27,852 bases of DNA from positions 1 to 27,852 of the IMG/VR virus record IMGVR_UViG_3300037462_000322; one strand, written 5' to 3'. Positions 1-8,081 of the stretch are shown piece by piece. A model generated the notes under the pieces. It saw nothing but the letters and a program-made list of their open reading frames with translations, was not told the origin of the DNA and searched no databases. Source of the stretch: a virus. Lineage: Duplodnaviria > Caudoviricetes. A program made the position numbers and the translations under genes. How positions within the stretch are numbered: the stretch's first letter is position 1; every line of letters begins with the position of its first letter.

Positions 1-9
1 GAATGTCGC

Positions 10-22
10 TAACATATTGATA
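10..22 (-). promoter_or_regulatory. IHF-like binding site, left of att core
   Basis: Minus strand TATCAATATGTTA matches the WATCAANNNNTTR consensus exactly. Confidence 0.55.
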
Positions 23-51
23 AAAAATACTTCCCGATTACTTCGTCGTTC

Positions 52-98
52 GGCTCATAACCTGAAGGCCGCAGGTTCAAATCCTGCCCCCGCAACCA
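52..98 (+). other. att core: 3' fragment of tRNA-fMet (CAT), not an intact tRNA
   Basis: GGCTCATAACCTGAAGGCCGCAGGTTCAAATCCTGCCCCCGCAACCA contains the anticodon loop, T-arm and CCA end of the alphaproteobacterial initiator tRNA; the D-arm and 5' acceptor strand are absent upstream (TTCGG in place of TCAGG). Confidence 0.9.
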
Positions 99-111
99 AA
101 AATACCAAACA

Positions 112-124
112 TATCAGACACTTA
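112..124 (+). promoter_or_regulatory. IHF-like binding site, right of att core
   Basis: TATCAGACACTTA has one mismatch to WATCAANNNNTTR and is inverted relative to the site at 10-22. Confidence 0.45.
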
Positions 125-125
125 G

Positions 126-157
126 AGCCCGACGTAAATCGTCGGGTTTTTGGTTTT
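126..157 (+). terminator. Intrinsic terminator downstream of the tRNA 3' end
   Basis: Stem CCCGACG(128-134), loop TAAAT, CGTCGGG(140-146), followed by TTTTTGGTTTT. Confidence 0.8.
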
Positions 158-163
158 CCGGTT

Positions 164-196
164 TACATCAACGCCACATCAACACTACATCAGAAA
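164..196 (+). repeat. Three tandem 11-bp-period repeats, putative tyrosine-integrase arm-type sites
   Basis: TACATCAACGC / CACATCAACAC / TACATCAGAAA, about 65 bp from the att core. Confidence 0.6.
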
Positions 197-377
197 AGCC
201 GCAGCAGCACGGATAATCACGCAGTCGCAGGCAGCGGCAGGCAACTCGCAGTTGCGCACCTTCTTGCTTCCGGCCATCATTGCCCCGTAGTTCCAGACGG
301 TGAATTGACGACGACGGATTCTGCCCTCGGCTTCCTGACCTTGGAACGTCAACATTCGGCGACGCGGGCGGTAGGCG

Positions 378-3146
378 ATGAAGCAGGAAGAGTTCCGGAA
401 ATGGATGATCGCGCAGGGACAGGCTGAGGCAACTGCCTCGTCGCGCGTGAGCAGCGCCAAGCGGGTTGAACAGTATCTCGGTGACCTGGACGAGTTGTTC
501 GTTCAGGAGGACCTAGACAGCATCCTGAACCGGTTTGCCTATTCGGCCGAGGATGAACGTGCTGAACGCCCGAACCCGTCACCTGTCCCCATCGATGGTG
601 TCTTGCGCACGGGTCTCGCCAGCCTTCAGCAGGCTTTGAAACTCTACCACGCGTTCCTGACCCAGCAGGCCAACATGCCCGACAAGGACGCGCATCAGGC
701 CTTGCTGGACCGGCTCACCAAGACAGAAATCGCCGCTGCGATGAAGGAGTGCGATGAGCTTGGTACGCCGGCCTTTCTCGCGCGGTATGGCTTCTCCAGA
801 ACGACTGTCCGGATGGCCGATGGTGACAGTGACAAGCCCTATCCGGCCAAGGCGACGGTCGTCGTCGCTGTGGGCCATCTGCCGGGGGAACGGGTTCTGT
901 CTGCTCAGGAGTTCTTCAATGGATACGGCGACATGCAGTGTCGCGCGGTCCTTGAGAAGCTTGGCTACCGCATCCTGCCCAAGGAAGCCGACGACCAGTC
1001 GCCCGCCTTGTCCCGTGACCGGATCGAAGCGGCAATGGATGCCCACGAGGCTTTCCGCGAGAACGGCGCCCATGCCGACGTCTTCTCCGGTTTCGGTGCC
1101 CCCTCCGAGTACTGGGTGCGGTCGACCAGGCCACGCCAGGACAAGCGTTTCCCGACCAAGCCGCTCATCGGTTTCCTCCTCGGCAAGCCCGCAAGTGCCC
1201 TCACCGGCGGGTGGAGCCAGCCGCATGATGCCGCGGCACGGCTGCACGCTGCTGGCTACATCATCGTCGATCAGAACGACGAGCCGCTTCCCCTTCCAGA
1301 GCAATACGCCCACCTGATGCGCGGGGCAGACCGGGCCCGTCTGGTTGCGCTGAACTACTTCATCGCACCGGCGCGCGAGGCCGGGCAGCCTTCTGTCACG
1401 ATCCGTGCAGGCGACCTGCACGACATGGCGGGACTTGTGAAGAACTGGGCGAACGTCTGCCAGGCGCTGGAAGGCGAGATGTTCCAGAAGCTCGCCTCGG
1501 TCCCGGCGCCTACACGCTCCGGGCCGGAACGCAGCACCACGACCGAATACACCTTCGTCCTTGCGCAGGACGGGGCCGCGAAGGATAAACCCATGCCTCA
1601 CGCCGTTCAGACTGCGACCACCAACCTGATCCTCTACGGACCTCCCGGCACCGGGAAGACCTACCAGACGGCGTGGGAGGCAGTTCGCCTCTGTCTGGGC
1701 GAGGACGTCGCCGCTGGTCTCTCAGGTGAAGAGAACCGCGACCGGCTGATGGCGGAATACCGGCGCTTGATGTCCGAGGGGCGAATCGAGTTCGTGACCT
1801 TCCACCAGTCGATGTCATACGAGGAATTTGTCGAGGGGCTGAGACCGAATACCGGTCAAGATGGGCCGGATGCTGTGCCTGACCTCACAGCCAGTGCGGC
1901 CGGATTTCGCTTGAAGGACGAGCCCGGGATTTTCCGGACAATTTGCGCACGGGCTGAGCGGGACTCCGGAGATAACGCCGACGCAAACCGACTTGATCGT
2001 TCGCGACGCATCATTCGGCTCGGACTTACGGGGTCTAACTGGCGAGAGAAACTCGACCGTGCCGTTCGCGAGGGAACAGTCGAATGGCCTCATGGCGGTG
2101 ATGTGGACTGGTCACCTCCCGAGTACGACAGTTGGGATGCAATCAAGGCGAAACGACAAGAGGTGGAGCCCGAGATCATCGGGAACCATCCGACAGTTTA
2201 TGGGACGTGGTTGTTTCGTGGCGCGGAACCCGGTGACTACGTGGCACTCACCGTAGGAAAGGGGAGGATCGTCGCGGTCGGAAAGCTGAAAGGCGAATAC
2301 CAATTCACATCAAGTGTTTCTGGTCAGCCGCCCCGCCACTCGCGTACCGTCGAATGGCTTTGGCACAGCATAGAGGGTGTGAGCCGCGCCGGGATATACG
2401 GCAAAGATTTCACTTCGTTCCATACGGCCTATCCATTGCTGGAGGATCAGCTGACATGGGACGCGCTGGACGCGGTGATATTCGGCCCTAAGGCGGTGCC
2501 GCAACTTGAAGTGGCGCGGCCCTTCGTCCTGATCATCGACGAGATCAACCGGGCCAACATCTCGAAGGTCTTCGGCGAACTGATCACGCTCCTGGAACCG
2601 GACAAGCGCCTCGGGCGGCGCGACGAAATCCAGCTGACCTTGCCCTATTCGAAGAAGCGCTTCGGTGTGCCGCAGAACCTGCACATCATCGGCACCATGA
2701 ACACTGCCGACCGCTCGATTGCGCTGCTGGATACCGCCCTGCGCCGTCGGTTCACCTTCAAGGAATTGATGCCGAACCCGGCGGTCCTGCCCCCGAATGT
2801 CGGCGGGATCAATCTGCAGAAGCTGCTGACCACGATCAATGACCGCATCGAGTACCTCTTCGACCGCGAACACCAGATTGGGCACGCCTATTTCACCGGT
2901 TGCAAGTCTGCCGAAGAGGTCGAGGACGTGATGCGGCACAAGGTCATTCCGCTCCTGTCCGAGTACTTCTACGAGGATTGGTCCAAGGTCGCCGCCGTTC
3001 TGGGCGATGGCCCGCAGGGCCCATCCCGGTTTCTGGAGGCGCGCCGCTTGGACGCGCCACCTGGGCTTGGCACAGAACACATCCGCGAAGAAAGACTGCG
3101 CTGGCGGGTGAAGGACCAGTTCGACTTCTCCGAGTTCGCGGCCTGA
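378..3146 (+). CDS. mcrB: McrB-family AAA+ GTPase of a type IV restriction system, with multiple accessory domains (922 aa)
   Basis: Walker A GPPGTGKT, VTFHQSMSYEEFVEG, Walker B FVLIIDEINR, McrB signature GTMNTADRS, ALRRRF, IGHAYF; coupled to mcrC. Confidence 0.93.
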   Translation: MKQEEFRKWMIAQGQAEATASSRVSSAKRVEQYLGDLDELFVQEDLDSILNRFAYSAEDERAERPNPSPVPIDGVLRTGLASLQQALKLYHAFLTQQANMPDKDAHQALLDRLTKTEIAAAMKECDELGTPAFLARYGFSRTTVRMADGDSDKPYPAKATVVVAVGHLPGERVLSAQEFFNGYGDMQCRAVLEKLGYRILPKEADDQSPALSRDRIEAAMDAHEAFRENGAHADVFSGFGAPSEYWVRSTRPRQDKRFPTKPLIGFLLGKPASALTGGWSQPHDAAARLHAAGYIIVDQNDEPLPLPEQYAHLMRGADRARLVALNYFIAPAREAGQPSVTIRAGDLHDMAGLVKNWANVCQALEGEMFQKLASVPAPTRSGPERSTTTEYTFVLAQDGAAKDKPMPHAVQTATTNLILYGPPGTGKTYQTAWEAVRLCLGEDVAAGLSGEENRDRLMAEYRRLMSEGRIEFVTFHQSMSYEEFVEGLRPNTGQDGPDAVPDLTASAAGFRLKDEPGIFRTICARAERDSGDNADANRLDRSRRIIRLGLTGSNWREKLDRAVREGTVEWPHGGDVDWSPPEYDSWDAIKAKRQEVEPEIIGNHPTVYGTWLFRGAEPGDYVALTVGKGRIVAVGKLKGEYQFTSSVSGQPPRHSRTVEWLWHSIEGVSRAGIYGKDFTSFHTAYPLLEDQLTWDALDAVIFGPKAVPQLEVARPFVLIIDEINRANISKVFGELITLLEPDKRLGRRDEIQLTLPYSKKRFGVPQNLHIIGTMNTADRSIALLDTALRRRFTFKELMPNPAVLPPNVGGINLQKLLTTINDRIEYLFDREHQIGHAYFTGCKSAEEVEDVMRHKVIPLLSEYFYEDWSKVAAVLGDGPQGPSRFLEARRLDAPPGLGTEHIREERLRWRVKDQFDFSEFAA

Positions 3147-4462
3147 TGCCCGCCTGGTCCGTTCGCGAATGGGAGGCCGTACCCCACGGCGATGGGGAGG
3201 GATGCATTCCGCCGCACCTTGCCCAGCGCCTTGTGGCACTGGCGAAGGCATCCCTCTTCGCCGGGCGCGGCGGCGGTGGCGTGCTGGAGGATCGCCGCCA
3301 TGACCTGCGGGCGCGGGGGGTGGTCGGCGTTCTGGCTGTGCCGGGCTGCACTCTGGAAATCCTGCCGAAGATCGACGTCGGCGAAAAGGAAGGATCGGCC
3401 CAGGAGACGCGCGAGATCCGCAAGCGCCTTGTCCACATGCTGGCGGTGGCTCTCGACCTGAAGATCCAGACAGGACGCATGACCGACCTCGACTGGCAGC
3501 GCGAAACGCTGCTGGAAATCCTGATCCGCATCTTTTGCGACAAGCTGACCGAGGCGGTGCGACGGGGCATGCCGCGGCGCTACACCCTGCACGATGATGA
3601 CCTGCTGACCTTGCGGGGATCGCTGGATATCCCGCGCCAGTTCACCCGCCATCTCGCAAACCCGGGCCGCCTGGCGTGCCGCTATGACGAGTTGTCCGAT
3701 GATATCGCCCTCAACCGCATCATGAAGGCGACCATCGCGCATCTGGCGGGCATGTCGCGCAACGCGACGAACGTCCAGCGCCTGCGGGAACTGGCCTTCG
3801 TCTATGCAGAAGTTGCGGAGGTGCAGATCCCCGCCTTGCGGTGGGATGATGTTGTCATCGACCGCACCAACAGCGCGTGGCAGGAACTCTTTGGAATGGC
3901 AATGCTGTTCCTGCGCAATCGATACCAGACCGCCAGCGCCGGGTCGGGGCAGGGATCGGCCCTGCTGTTCGAGATGAATGCCCTGTTCGAAGAATACATC
4001 GGCCGTCTGGTGACGCGGGCGCTGGCGGGGTCCGAATTCCGCGTGACGCTGCAGGGGGGCCGCCTGTTCTGTCTGACGTCGGTCGATGACGACCGTGCGG
4101 TTTTCCAGACCAAGCCTGACATCCTCATCAAGCGTGGCGATCAGGTCGCCCATGTGATCGACACCAAGTGGAAGCGGATTTCCGACCGGATCGACGATCC
4201 GAAGCAGGGGGTGTCCCAGGCGGACGTCTACCAGATGATGGCCTACGCCCACCTCTACAAGGCCCCGCGGCTGACGCTTCTTTATCCCCACCATGCGGGC
4301 CTTGGCGACGAAGAAGGGATCCGCGCGCGGTTCCGGGTGACGGGTCAGGAAACACTGCTGGAAACGGCGAGCTTCGACATCTCAACCGGTGCCGACCTGG
4401 TGGACCGCATTCGTGGCCGGATACTCACTGGCCTCGAAGAAATGTCCGCCGCAGAACCCTGA
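3146..4462 (+). CDS. mcrC: McrC-family PD-(D/E)xK nuclease subunit (438 aa)
   Basis: ATG overlaps the mcrB stop (TGATG); LEILPKI, LLFEMNALFEEY, KPDILI...IDTKWK and ADVYQMMAYA motifs. Confidence 0.92.
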   Translation: MPAWSVREWEAVPHGDGEGCIPPHLAQRLVALAKASLFAGRGGGGVLEDRRHDLRARGVVGVLAVPGCTLEILPKIDVGEKEGSAQETREIRKRLVHMLAVALDLKIQTGRMTDLDWQRETLLEILIRIFCDKLTEAVRRGMPRRYTLHDDDLLTLRGSLDIPRQFTRHLANPGRLACRYDELSDDIALNRIMKATIAHLAGMSRNATNVQRLRELAFVYAEVAEVQIPALRWDDVVIDRTNSAWQELFGMAMLFLRNRYQTASAGSGQGSALLFEMNALFEEYIGRLVTRALAGSEFRVTLQGGRLFCLTSVDDDRAVFQTKPDILIKRGDQVAHVIDTKWKRISDRIDDPKQGVSQADVYQMMAYAHLYKAPRLTLLYPHHAGLGDEEGIRARFRVTGQETLLETASFDISTGADLVDRIRGRILTGLEEMSAAEP

Positions 4463-4661
4463 AGGCGACGGGCACGCCCATGGCAGGTGCACAATTGTGC
4501 CCATCGCGGCAGGAGACCGGAGTGAACGCATCTGCCATCATCGCCCAGAAGCGTCTCCCTGCCGCTCGTTGACAGCGTGAATCCATGAACCGGGCCGGGC
4601 AATGCGCTGCGGTCGAGGCATCTGGCGCTTGCCTCGTGGCAGGCTTCGCCCGGCCCGGCTT

Positions 4662-4907
4662 TCACCGGCACGCCCTCGCTTGGTCACGCAGCACGGCGTA
4701 GTCGCTGAGCATCCGGACGATGACAGCGCCCTCTGGTAGCGTTTCAACCTCGTCGGCGGCCCGCGCCTGATCAGCGGCGGTGTAGTCTACCAGGGGCGGG
4801 CAGGTTGCGCGGGTTTCAGAACCGGCCGTCGCGCAGCCGGTCAGCCAGAGCATCGCGATCAGGGGGGCGACGGGCGGCAGCGTCGAGCATCTGGCGGTGG
4901 ATGGCAT
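4662..4907 (-). CDS. Putative outer-membrane lipoprotein spanin (Rz1/o-spanin-like)
   Basis: Lipobox-like LWLTG-C after a hydrophobic stretch; overlaps the upstream i-spanin-like gene; last gene of the lysis cassette. Confidence 0.65.
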   Translation of the reverse strand: MPSTARCSTLPPVAPLIAMLWLTGCATAGSETRATCPPLVDYTAADQARAADEVETLPEGAVIVRMLSDYAVLRDQARACR

Positions 4908-5061
4908 CGATTCTCTCTCGGGCATCAAGCCGTTCGGCGGCGCGCCCAGCGCGTTCCCCGGCGCGGCGGAGGTTCAGCAGGAACAGCAGGATCGCTGCTG
5001 CGGTGAGGATGAGGCCCAGCGCTTTGCGCGCCGGGCCATGGGTGAAGATCCAAAGGGTCAC
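4816..5061 (-). CDS. Putative inner-membrane spanin (Rz/i-spanin-like)
   Basis: Single N-terminal TM (LGLILTAAAILLFLL) plus charged helix; GTG overlaps the endolysin TGA. Confidence 0.65.
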   Translation of the reverse strand: MTLWIFTHGPARKALGLILTAAAILLFLLNLRRAGERAGRAAERLDARERIDAIHRQMLDAAARRPPDRDALADRLRDGRF

Positions 5062-5732
5062 CGCTGGCCCCGTTTCCAGTCGTCGAGCCGGGCGTGGATG
5101 GTGACGGCGATGCCGATCAACGCGATGGCGATCAGCACCCAGCGCAAGGTGTCGAGGTACGGCACCAGCGGCTGGATGGTGGACTGGGTCTCGGCAATGA
5201 CATCCTGCAGCACCTCCACCCCGGCTGCGCCAACGGTGGCCGCGCCAGCCGCGCCGCCACCGCGCAGGGTACGGCTTTCCGAAAGCACCTCGCGCGCAGG
5301 CTGCAGTTCCGGCGCGAAGGGCACGGGCCGGGCTGGGAAGGGATCGCCCCAGGACCGAGCGGGACCGAGGTCGATGTGCATGAAGCCCGACCGCGGATAG
5401 TATCCGAAGCCGAGGAAACCCACAGCCCGCGCCGCCGCTTCGAAGGCCGCAGGATCGTGGTTCGCCATGGCGATGTCAAAGGCGGTGGCCTGCATGTGCT
5501 TGGACGCGGGCGCCCCTCCGACGGCTCGGTTATGTTCCGGGCTGCGGTAGGCCGAGCGCACGATAAGCGGCTTGCCGAGGCGCTCGCGCAGGGCCTGCAG
5601 CTTGTCCATGGCTTCCGTATTGATCTTGATCGCGCCGGTGCCACGGCAGGCGATCTCGGCGGCCGAGAAGTTCGGCCAGCGCCAGGCAGTCGCTGGCACA
5701 TCGCGCCAGTGGGGGTAGGTCAGGGTGGGCAT
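5058..5732 (-). CDS. Endolysin, peptidase M15 (YcbK/DUF882-like) with C-terminal hydrophobic helices (224 aa)
   Basis: SAYRSPEHN...SKHMQATAFDI...FMHID Zn-peptidase motif; GGAGG RBS before ATG 5732. Confidence 0.85.
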   Translation of the reverse strand: MPTLTYPHWRDVPATAWRWPNFSAAEIACRGTGAIKINTEAMDKLQALRERLGKPLIVRSAYRSPEHNRAVGGAPASKHMQATAFDIAMANHDPAAFEAAARAVGFLGFGYYPRSGFMHIDLGPARSWGDPFPARPVPFAPELQPAREVLSESRTLRGGGAAGAATVGAAGVEVLQDVIAETQSTIQPLVPYLDTLRWVLIAIALIGIAVTIHARLDDWKRGQR

Positions 5733-5745
5733 GGGGAGATCCTCC

Positions 5746-5772
5746 AAATGAAAAACCCGCCTCAGGGGCGGG
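5746..5772 (-). terminator. Intrinsic terminator upstream of the endolysin
   Basis: Minus strand CCCGCC-CCTGA-GGCGGG-TTTTTCATTT. Confidence 0.65.
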
Positions 5773-5805
5773 AGGGCGTCGAACGGGGCAGGTATTGGCG
5801 TCAGG

Positions 5806-6114
5806 TCAGTCGGATCGGCCGCGCTGGAAGGCGTCGAAGAGCATGTCGCGCATCGAGCGGATGTCCGTCTCGATCCGGTCAAGCCGGTCGCCGTCGGCCT
5901 TGCGATCCTCGCTGCGCTGACGGTCGATCCGGTCCCGATCGGCGATCAGTTCCCGGTCGAGGCGGTCCAGCAAGGCCTCGTTCGTGAATGCCTTCCTGGT
6001 AATCGCCGCGATCAGGGCCATGGTGCCACCGATCAGGGCGGTCAGCGCGGCGGTGATCCCGTGGTCCCGAAAGGCCCGCGCGACCTCCCCGGCGAGAGTG
6101 GTCTGGTCGTTCAT
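5806..6114 (-). CDS. Small membrane protein, putative holin
   Basis: One hydrophobic segment (GITAALTALIGGTMALIAAI) and a highly charged C-terminus; lies between tail fibre and endolysin; GAAAGGA RBS. Confidence 0.55.
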   Translation of the reverse strand: MNDQTTLAGEVARAFRDHGITAALTALIGGTMALIAAITRKAFTNEALLDRLDRELIADRDRIDRQRSEDRKADGDRLDRIETDIRSMRDMLFDAFQRGRSD

Positions 6115-6147
6115 GATGGTCCTTTCATTGCCGCGGGTTGCGGTCGG

Positions 6148-8070
6148 TCAGAAGTCGGTCTCGAGGTAGACCCCGGCGCAGTCGTAGGCGACGGCGGCTG
6201 CTGTCGCGCCCGTGTTCATGAACAGCCGTGGCGAAAGGAACTGCGTGGCGGCGGGCAGGTCAGCGGTGATCTCCTGCTCGAAGACCGCGCCGGAAACTTC
6301 GTCGACGACGCGCACCCAGACCGAGCTTCCATTCGGCGGGGCCGCGATGAACAGGGTTAGCACCCCGCCGGTTGCGATGGCGAAACCCGCCCCCATGTCG
6401 GTCAGGGTCGGTGCGCCGGTGCCGTCGTTCGCGACAAGCTGCCAGCGTGTGTGGGTGCCGCGCTGGAATCCGATGCCGATGCAGTTGATGGCGGCCGCCA
6501 GCGTCAGGGTGGTGGCCAGCGCAGCCGTCGATCCATAGAGGCCGAAGAACCCCATCCCGGTCGCCTGCAAGGTCGTAAGCGAAATCCGTGTGACTAAGGT
6601 CCAGCCGCCCAAGCCCGCCGCATTGCCGCGCCAGCAGGCCCAGCCTGCGGAACGCTGGTCTGCGACCGAGTCCACGACGGCCGCCGAGGTCAGGCGCCAG
6701 CGGCGCATGCTGGCAGCGAGGTTCGTCGCGGCCAGCGTCGGGTGCGAGACGGTGCCGACCGAGGTGATAGGCAGGCCTTCTGTGGTGATGGTCGTTGTGA
6801 CAGAGGGCGACCAGTTGGCGATCCGGTTCACGCCAAAATGCGGCTGCAGCGGGAAATCCCGACCCGAAGGGCGCATCACGTCGATCCACGGCGCTCCGGC
6901 GCGGTTGCGGGCATAGACCGATGCCTTGCCTGCGGATGGAGGTGGCGGCGCGGCCGACAGCCCCGGCAGGACCGTGGGCTGTGGCAGTTCCACCTGGCCG
7001 CTCGCGCGGTCGATACGGATCGCGTCATAGAAGGCCGAGCCATCCGGGCTGACCTTGAAGATGAAGTCATCGTTGCCCAAGAGGCCGATCAGCGCGCGAG
7101 CGGAGAAGCCGGTCTTGAAGGCGAAGGCCGCGTCATTCGCCGGGACGGCCTTGTTCACGGTGGCTTCGATCCCTGCGCCTGCGTTGTTCAGTAGGACTGC
7201 AGGCGTGTTGACCGACAGGCGGTTGTAACTGTCGGCCGTGGCCCCGCCGAGGCCCAAGAACTGCGCTGTCAGGTTTGCCTGGGGCATGCCGACCTGCGTG
7301 ACGGCATTGGCGAAGGTGACCGTGGGCGTGTTCACCACCGTCGTGCCACCCGCGCCAGCCGTCGCAGAGCCGATGTTCACGACGGTGGTCGATCCGGAGG
7401 CGCCGCCGGTGCCGAGGTTCACCGTCTTTGTGACGCCAGTGGTCGTGGCCCCGGTGCCAATCCCGTAGGTGGCGGTCGTCGTTGCCGTGCCGATTGAGGC
7501 GCTGGCCGCCGAGACCGTCACGGTCCCCGAGGCTGTCAACGTACCCGAGAATGTCTTGTTGCCGCTGAAGGTCTGCGTGCCCGCGAGGATCGCCAGCTCC
7601 GACGAGGTATTGGGCAGCGTGAAGCTGCGCGTCGTCCCTGCGCTGATCCCCGCCAGCGAGAAAGTCGCCTTCTTCGTCGGATCGGCATCGTTCACCAGGC
7701 TGAACACGGCATCCGAGACGTCGCGCGGCTCGCCCACGACCTCCCAGGCGCTGCCGCTCCAGACGAGGAACAGGCCCTCGGCCGCGACCCAGACCAGCCA
7801 GCCGATGCGCGGGACGAGGCGGATCCACGCGCCGTCCACCCGGAAGGCGATGTTCAGGTCCCACCCAGCCCAAAGGCCGGTGGCGCCCGAGGCCACGAGG
7901 TGTCGGTTGCCGTCGGCGGGGCTTGCGGGCGGTGCAGTCCGCGTGCGGTCGAGGACCGAGAGCTGCACCATGGCATCAAGCAGGCGCAGCGCCTCGTTGT
8001 GGGTGACATGCTTTTGCGCCTGTGCCGCCAGAAGATAGGGCAGGCCCAAATGGGTCGTGGTGTCGGACAT
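6148..8070 (-). CDS. DUF2793-domain tail fibre / receptor-binding protein (640 aa)
   Basis: N-terminus MSDTTTHLGLPYLLAAQAQKHVTHNEAL typical of DUF2793 fibres; Thr/Gly-rich beta shaft; FAFKTGFSARALIGLLG motif. Confidence 0.85.
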   Translation of the reverse strand: MSDTTTHLGLPYLLAAQAQKHVTHNEALRLLDAMVQLSVLDRTRTAPPASPADGNRHLVASGATGLWAGWDLNIAFRVDGAWIRLVPRIGWLVWVAAEGLFLVWSGSAWEVVGEPRDVSDAVFSLVNDADPTKKATFSLAGISAGTTRSFTLPNTSSELAILAGTQTFSGNKTFSGTLTASGTVTVSAASASIGTATTTATYGIGTGATTTGVTKTVNLGTGGASGSTTVVNIGSATAGAGGTTVVNTPTVTFANAVTQVGMPQANLTAQFLGLGGATADSYNRLSVNTPAVLLNNAGAGIEATVNKAVPANDAAFAFKTGFSARALIGLLGNDDFIFKVSPDGSAFYDAIRIDRASGQVELPQPTVLPGLSAAPPPPSAGKASVYARNRAGAPWIDVMRPSGRDFPLQPHFGVNRIANWSPSVTTTITTEGLPITSVGTVSHPTLAATNLAASMRRWRLTSAAVVDSVADQRSAGWACWRGNAAGLGGWTLVTRISLTTLQATGMGFFGLYGSTAALATTLTLAAAINCIGIGFQRGTHTRWQLVANDGTGAPTLTDMGAGFAIATGGVLTLFIAAPPNGSSVWVRVVDEVSGAVFEQEITADLPAATQFLSPRLFMNTGATAAAVAYDCAGVYLETDF

Positions 8071-8081
8071 GGGAAATCCCG

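Noticed and set aside
22-98. Intact tRNA-Met gene
   Set aside because: The 5' half (acceptor 5' strand, D-arm, anticodon stem 5' strand) is absent; only the 3' 47 nt match
164-196. Possible CRISPR or iteron array
   Set aside because: Only three abutting 11-mers without spacers; no cas or rep gene; position fits integrase arm sites
17-427. 136-aa ORF across the att region
   Set aside because: Overlaps the tRNA fragment, terminator and arm repeats; no protein-like motifs
2900-3145. Longer N-terminus of McrC from the ORF track
   Set aside because: Overlaps mcrB; TGATG coupling points to the ATG at 3146
6148-8070. Diversity-generating retroelement or invertible tail-fibre switch
   Set aside because: No reverse transcriptase, invertase or duplicated template repeat seen in this window
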